From the NCBI GenBank assembly GCA_964016885.1, contig OZ024742.1, positions 330,274,001 through 330,338,000 on the forward strand: DNA of 64,000 bases, in the 5' to 3' direction. Below the pieces are notes generated by a model. It was not told where the DNA came from and did no database searches. It worked only from the letters and a program-made list of their open reading frames with translations. The position numbers were made by a program, and so were the translations under genes. Below, one piece after another: positions 58,457-64,000 of this stretch. Position 1 is the first letter of the stretch. Each line of letters starts with the position of its first letter. Origin of the DNA: Eledone cirrhosa. Lineage: Eukaryota.

Positions 58457-59787
58457 AAGCAATCGTTGTCTTAAGAATCGTGAGGAAAATTTGCAATTCC
58501 AAATCTTTGCCTATCGTCGCAAATAACCATATTAACAAACGTCATTATAAATACTAGTTGTCAAAGTGAGGATCTTTACCGTCGGATACCAGAAAAAGTG
58601 AGTAGAATCTCTACTGAGATGTAGAGACTGAAATCTCACAGATGGCGTCTTAGTGATTTAACCACTACTCTAAAGAGCCGCTTACCTTATGTATACTAAG
58701 ACTATGACTGTAAACAAACTTTATTTAAGAAACATTGGATAAATGTCAATATATATTGTAAAGCAAATATCCTTAAACATAGTCTACTACTACAAATGTT
58801 ATTTGAGAATTTCGTGTGAATTGCCCTGTAGGAATAATAAAATGTAACAAATTGAATGCAAATCATCAAACGTCGGATGCTCATTTACTTCATACGTTAA
58901 TAATATGAGATCTATTTTATTAGAGCTTTTCTCGTATTCTATTTGTATTGTGGTTATTCCCGTTCGGACGCACATATTCCATATTTCAAGTTATCGTAAG
59001 GATGCGTAATCAGCCACTTTGTTTACACTTTTAGCCTCAGGCATAATACATTTTAAAATGTGGGAATTGATAGCCAGAGGGTTTTTAGCGTATTGGTCAT
59101 ACCAATCGTACCAACTTCAGTTTCCCTCTTCCCAAAAAACTGTTCAGAACTATACTTTCCCTTGCGTGCATTTCAAAGACATCCATTGCAAAACAAGGAA
59201 AACATGATTAATAAAATATTTAGTGCTATCGACGTAAGGGCGTACATGTTAGACGAGGACATTCAAAACACTGAACAAGTATTGATATTATCGTATTTCA
59301 CAATGACTACTATGTGTAGTAATAAGATATAAAAGAAAAGAAATACGAAAGAAAAGTAAAATGTATGTGCTATTTGCATTAAAAATATAAAGTAAAGAGT
59401 AACGTGAAAAATATACCTGAGTAGTCAGGCTCTGAAAAATGGTATCAACCAATGAGTGGATACAGATATTTTATTTGAAGGCTTTGAAGCTAGAAAATTC
59501 GATTACTGATAAATGTGTGTCTAAATGAATATGCTGATGGCATATCCTAAGATATATACTGGGTATCTCTGAGAAGTAGAAGGTCTAGGAGATGGAAATA
59601 TAGTTTAATACCTCTGGGCTATTCACGAAAGCATAATGATAATAATTGATTATAATGCTTATCCTTCTCTCTCAGGAATATTATGCTACGTACAAAAATA
59701 AAAGATAATATGCTCGTACTATACGCGAAACTGTCGTGGACATTTACGATTATGTAAATGATGATGGCGAAATCTAATTTTACAATT

Positions 59788-59857
59788 TCAAGACAACATT
59801 AACACGTCTCAGAAATTATATATATATGTGTGTATACACACATATACAAACACACAC

Positions 59858-59911
<54 letters not shown>

Positions 59912-59916
59912 ACACA

Positions 59917-59957
<41 letters not shown>

Positions 59958-60068
59958 GCACACACATATACATATATTTATATATATATGTATATTTATA
60001 TCAAGACAACATTAACACATCTCAGAAAATATATATATATGTGTGTATACACACACACGCACACACAC

Positions 60069-60144
<76 letters not shown>

Positions 60145-60235
60145 GCACACACATATATATATATTTATATATATATGTATATTTATATCAAGACAACATT
60201 AACACATCTCAGAAATTATATATATATGTGTGTAT

Positions 60236-60266
<31 letters not shown>

Positions 60267-60303
60267 CACACACACACACACCCACATACACACACACACA
60301 CAC
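59788..60303. repeat. Three tandem ~190-210 bp units each containing (CA)n
   Basis: tcaagacaacattaacac.tctcagaaa at 59788, 60001 and 60188. Confidence 0.88.
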
Positions 60304-62692
60304 AGTCGCCTTCGACCCCTCCCACCACTCCCTCGTCACCTCCGCCTTCTTCAAACCCACCGACTCCCACTCCTACCTCGACTTCACCTCTTCCCACCCC
60401 ACCCACACTAAACTCTCCATTCCCTACTCCCAACTTCTCAGGATCCGCCGCCTCTGTAGCCGAGATGCTGACTTCGAGTCCCAGGCCCTTTCCCTAGTCA
60501 GCCATTTCATCCGCAGAGGTTACCCCCCTCTCTCGTCCACACCGCTCTCACCCGCGCCCGTGCTATCCCCCGCTCCACCACCCTCACAACACGCCACCGC
60601 ACACCCACCTACCGTCTCCCCTTCCCCATCACCTACCACCCCTCCACCTTACCCCTCCACCGCACCATCCGCCGCCTTTTCCGACGCCTCCAGTCCCACC
60701 CCTCCACCTCCCACATCTTCCCAACCCCACCACTCCCCTCCTTCAAACGCGCCCGCAATCTACGCACCCTCCTCGTCCACAGCTCCCTACCCCCACCCCC
60801 TGTTCCTTCCCCTGTTCTAGGCCCCGCTGCAACACCTGTCCCCACATCACCAACACCACCACCTTCCAGGGTCCCAACGGCCACCCTCTCTCGGTCCGGC
60901 ATGCCTTCCGCTGCACCTCCTCCAACCTAGTCTACGGACTTCGTTGCACGGAGTGCAGCGCGACTTACGTCGGACAGACGGGACGTCGCCTGGCGGACCG
61001 AGTCACGGAGCACCTCCGGGATATTCGTCTCGGGGGCAGTTCCCCCATCGCCCGCCACTTCGGTGGCCCTGGACACTCCGCACGCCATCTCACAGTCTGT
61101 GGCCTACTCCAGTGCCACGGAACACCCGCCCATCGCCTTACGGTCGAACAACGCACTATCTTCATCTTACAGACCCGCACTCCCCCCGGCCTGAACTCCC
61201 AACCTTATTCCTTTAGCGTTCGACCGCCATCCTCCCCCCACACTTATCCCCCACTAACACCACTAACACACCCCTCCTTTTCACCGCCCACCCCACACTA
61301 ACAATGCTAACACCTCCACTCCACCCCTCATCTGACCACCCTTCCCCAACTAACATACTAACATCCCTTCCCTCCCCTCTTCTCCTCCTCCCCCCTCCTT
61401 ATCACACGCACACACGCACCCACTTACACCACCCACCCCACACGCAACTAACATCACTGACACCCTCCAACCCCACGCACACGTACCCACACACCCTCGT
61501 ACACCACCAACTCTACACACCCTACCCCCACTAACCTCCACTCACACCTGCATTCCACCCCTCCCCACCTCCCGTATACTAACACCCACTAACACATCTT
61601 CACCAAACAACACACACACCAGTACACCACACCCGCTCCATAGAACCACACACACCCTTCTCTCCCCGCTCCACACTCACTCATCCCACTAACACCCCTA
61701 CTAATACACACACACACCCTCCTCACTCCAACTCTCACACCTACCCATCCTCGCCTCCCTACCATTCCGCCGACTGCTGCTATGCCCTTCCGACCACTGT
61801 CTCAGCACCAACTGACCACAGCACTCCCACTGCTGACCACTTCCTGTTGCGTGCGCACCCCACATCTCTCCTCTTCCGACCACCGCTTCTTGGATTACCC
61901 ACACGCGATATTGACTTCTAACCAAAACCTCCAAACATCCGTGTAACTTACCAACTTTTCAACCATCCTCTTACACCATCACCTATATAACTCACCCACA
62001 CACACACCCCAAAAACATTTTTTTATCCACACGCCACTCACACCCACAACACGCTTAAACCACACACACGTGTTCCCACCACATATTTACACCCTCAGCT
62101 TCCTGATTCCTCTCCCCCCACCCCCCTATCCACACACGCACAGACCCTCCGACCCACAAAAAACACCCCCACACACACCTTCCTGAACATGCAACGCCGT
62201 TCTTCCCCCAACCCTCACTTTCACATACACACACACACACACACACGCACACCTAACCACACACACCACCTTCAGCCCTCCCCGCTCGGACACTCCGTCT
62301 CCCTCTCCCCACTCCACCCGCCACCACCCCTACTCACCCCACACCCTTCCACCACCTGTTTACCCCCCTTTTAATTTCAGTTTTTTTTTATCGTGCCTTC
62401 ATTTTTAAATTTTCTCATTCCTTGTATTTTGATCATGCTTTATTTTTATTTATTATTTATTATATTTTTGTCTTTATTTGTTAATTTTTCATTCGCACCG
62501 TTTCCTTTCGCAATATGTCTCTCCACCACTCCCCTACACGCCTTTTGAACTCTGTTCCCACACACTTCTCACCTGAAGAAGGGCTTATGCCCGAAACGTC
62601 GTCCCCCACCTACCCCCACTCTCCTGAGCGTGAATTTAATAAACATTTATCGTACTGACTCTCTGTTCTGTCCCTGTTCAATTTTTCATTAT
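60303..62692 (+). mobile_element. C-rich PLE family O (Neptune-like motifs), 5'-truncated
   Basis: ORF remnant, ~1.4 kb C/A-rich UTR, CTGAAGA a gggc/gccc GAAACGTCGTC at 62573-62603, aataaa at 62638. Confidence 0.88.
60305..61217 (+). pseudogene. PLE RT thumb plus GIY-YIG remnant, family O
   Basis: KPTDSHSYLDFTSSHP...SIPYSQLLRIRRLCS; FRCTSSNLVYGLRCTEC...YVGQTGRRLADRVTEH; GLN; frameshifts. Confidence 0.9.
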
Positions 62693-62883
62693 ATATATAT
62701 CTATCTATCTAAGGCGGGTAAAATTCCCGAGAACCATGGACGAGTTCTCTCCAGCGGTCTCTGTCCCTCATTATCGCTGCCATATCCTGCATCTCCAACA
62801 GACCAGTGTCTGTCCTTAGGGCATCAACATATGTTAACCTTGTCTTCCTTTTCTAGTGTGTCCATGTCCATATATATATATAT

Positions 62884-63651
<768 letters not shown>

Positions 63652-63658
63652 CAGATTA

Positions 63659-64000
63659 AAGCAAACACCCCAGCCTTCAATTACCTGTACTAGACACAGA
63701 GCTCTGGCTAGATACCATTAATAACAAAAAACAAATCCTCCATTCCCATTATGCCAAACCCATGACTTCTAAATATCTGATCCACCGAAACTCAGCTGTT
63801 TCGGACCATACCAAAATCAACATACTGATGGCGGATTTGGTACGGGTGATGAGAAACGTGTCCTGCATATGCAACACCTAAGAAGTAGAGAGACACATAC
63901 AACACTTCATCCACAGTATGCAGTTATCTGGTTACAATCAGAGAGATAAAATCAGAGTATATAGAGGAGCCAGAACTAAATGGGAAACAATGGTAAATAA
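63659..64000 (+). mobile_element. PLE family A copy 3, running off the window end
   Basis: Matches 52172-52497 (LPVLDTELWL...HSHYAKPMTSKY...RMQLSGY). Confidence 0.9.

Noticed and set aside
59788-60303. Repeat-spacer pattern resembling CRISPR
   Set aside because: Eukaryotic context; the spacers are (CA)n and near-identical; no cas genes

Overview
AT-rich, (TA)n-dense animal genomic DNA with no recognisable host gene; the SINE sequences look like octopus/cephalopod SINEs (inference from recall). Most of the window is a nest of Penelope-like retroelements (PLEs: reverse transcriptase plus GIY-YIG endonuclease remnants from about nine families) and non-coding relatives. Nearly all are bounded by microsatellites and carry type I hammerhead ribozyme (HHR) motifs near their 3' ends. 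Family letters A-O are my own labels. Main patterns: (1) at least ten insertions are foldbacks of two oppositely oriented 3' ends; where the ends can be read, one arm stops at an AT-rich site and the other carries an extra ~60-135 nt tail. (2) Some hammerheads are atypical, including a U3:A8 core and ~90-100 nt expansions of stem II, with C3:G8/U3:A8 covariation between sister families. (3) A ~1.86 kb ORF-less, ribozyme-bearing tandem unit resembles a large retrozyme. All coordinates and pairings were read by eye; boundaries are approximate unless a junction sequence is quoted.
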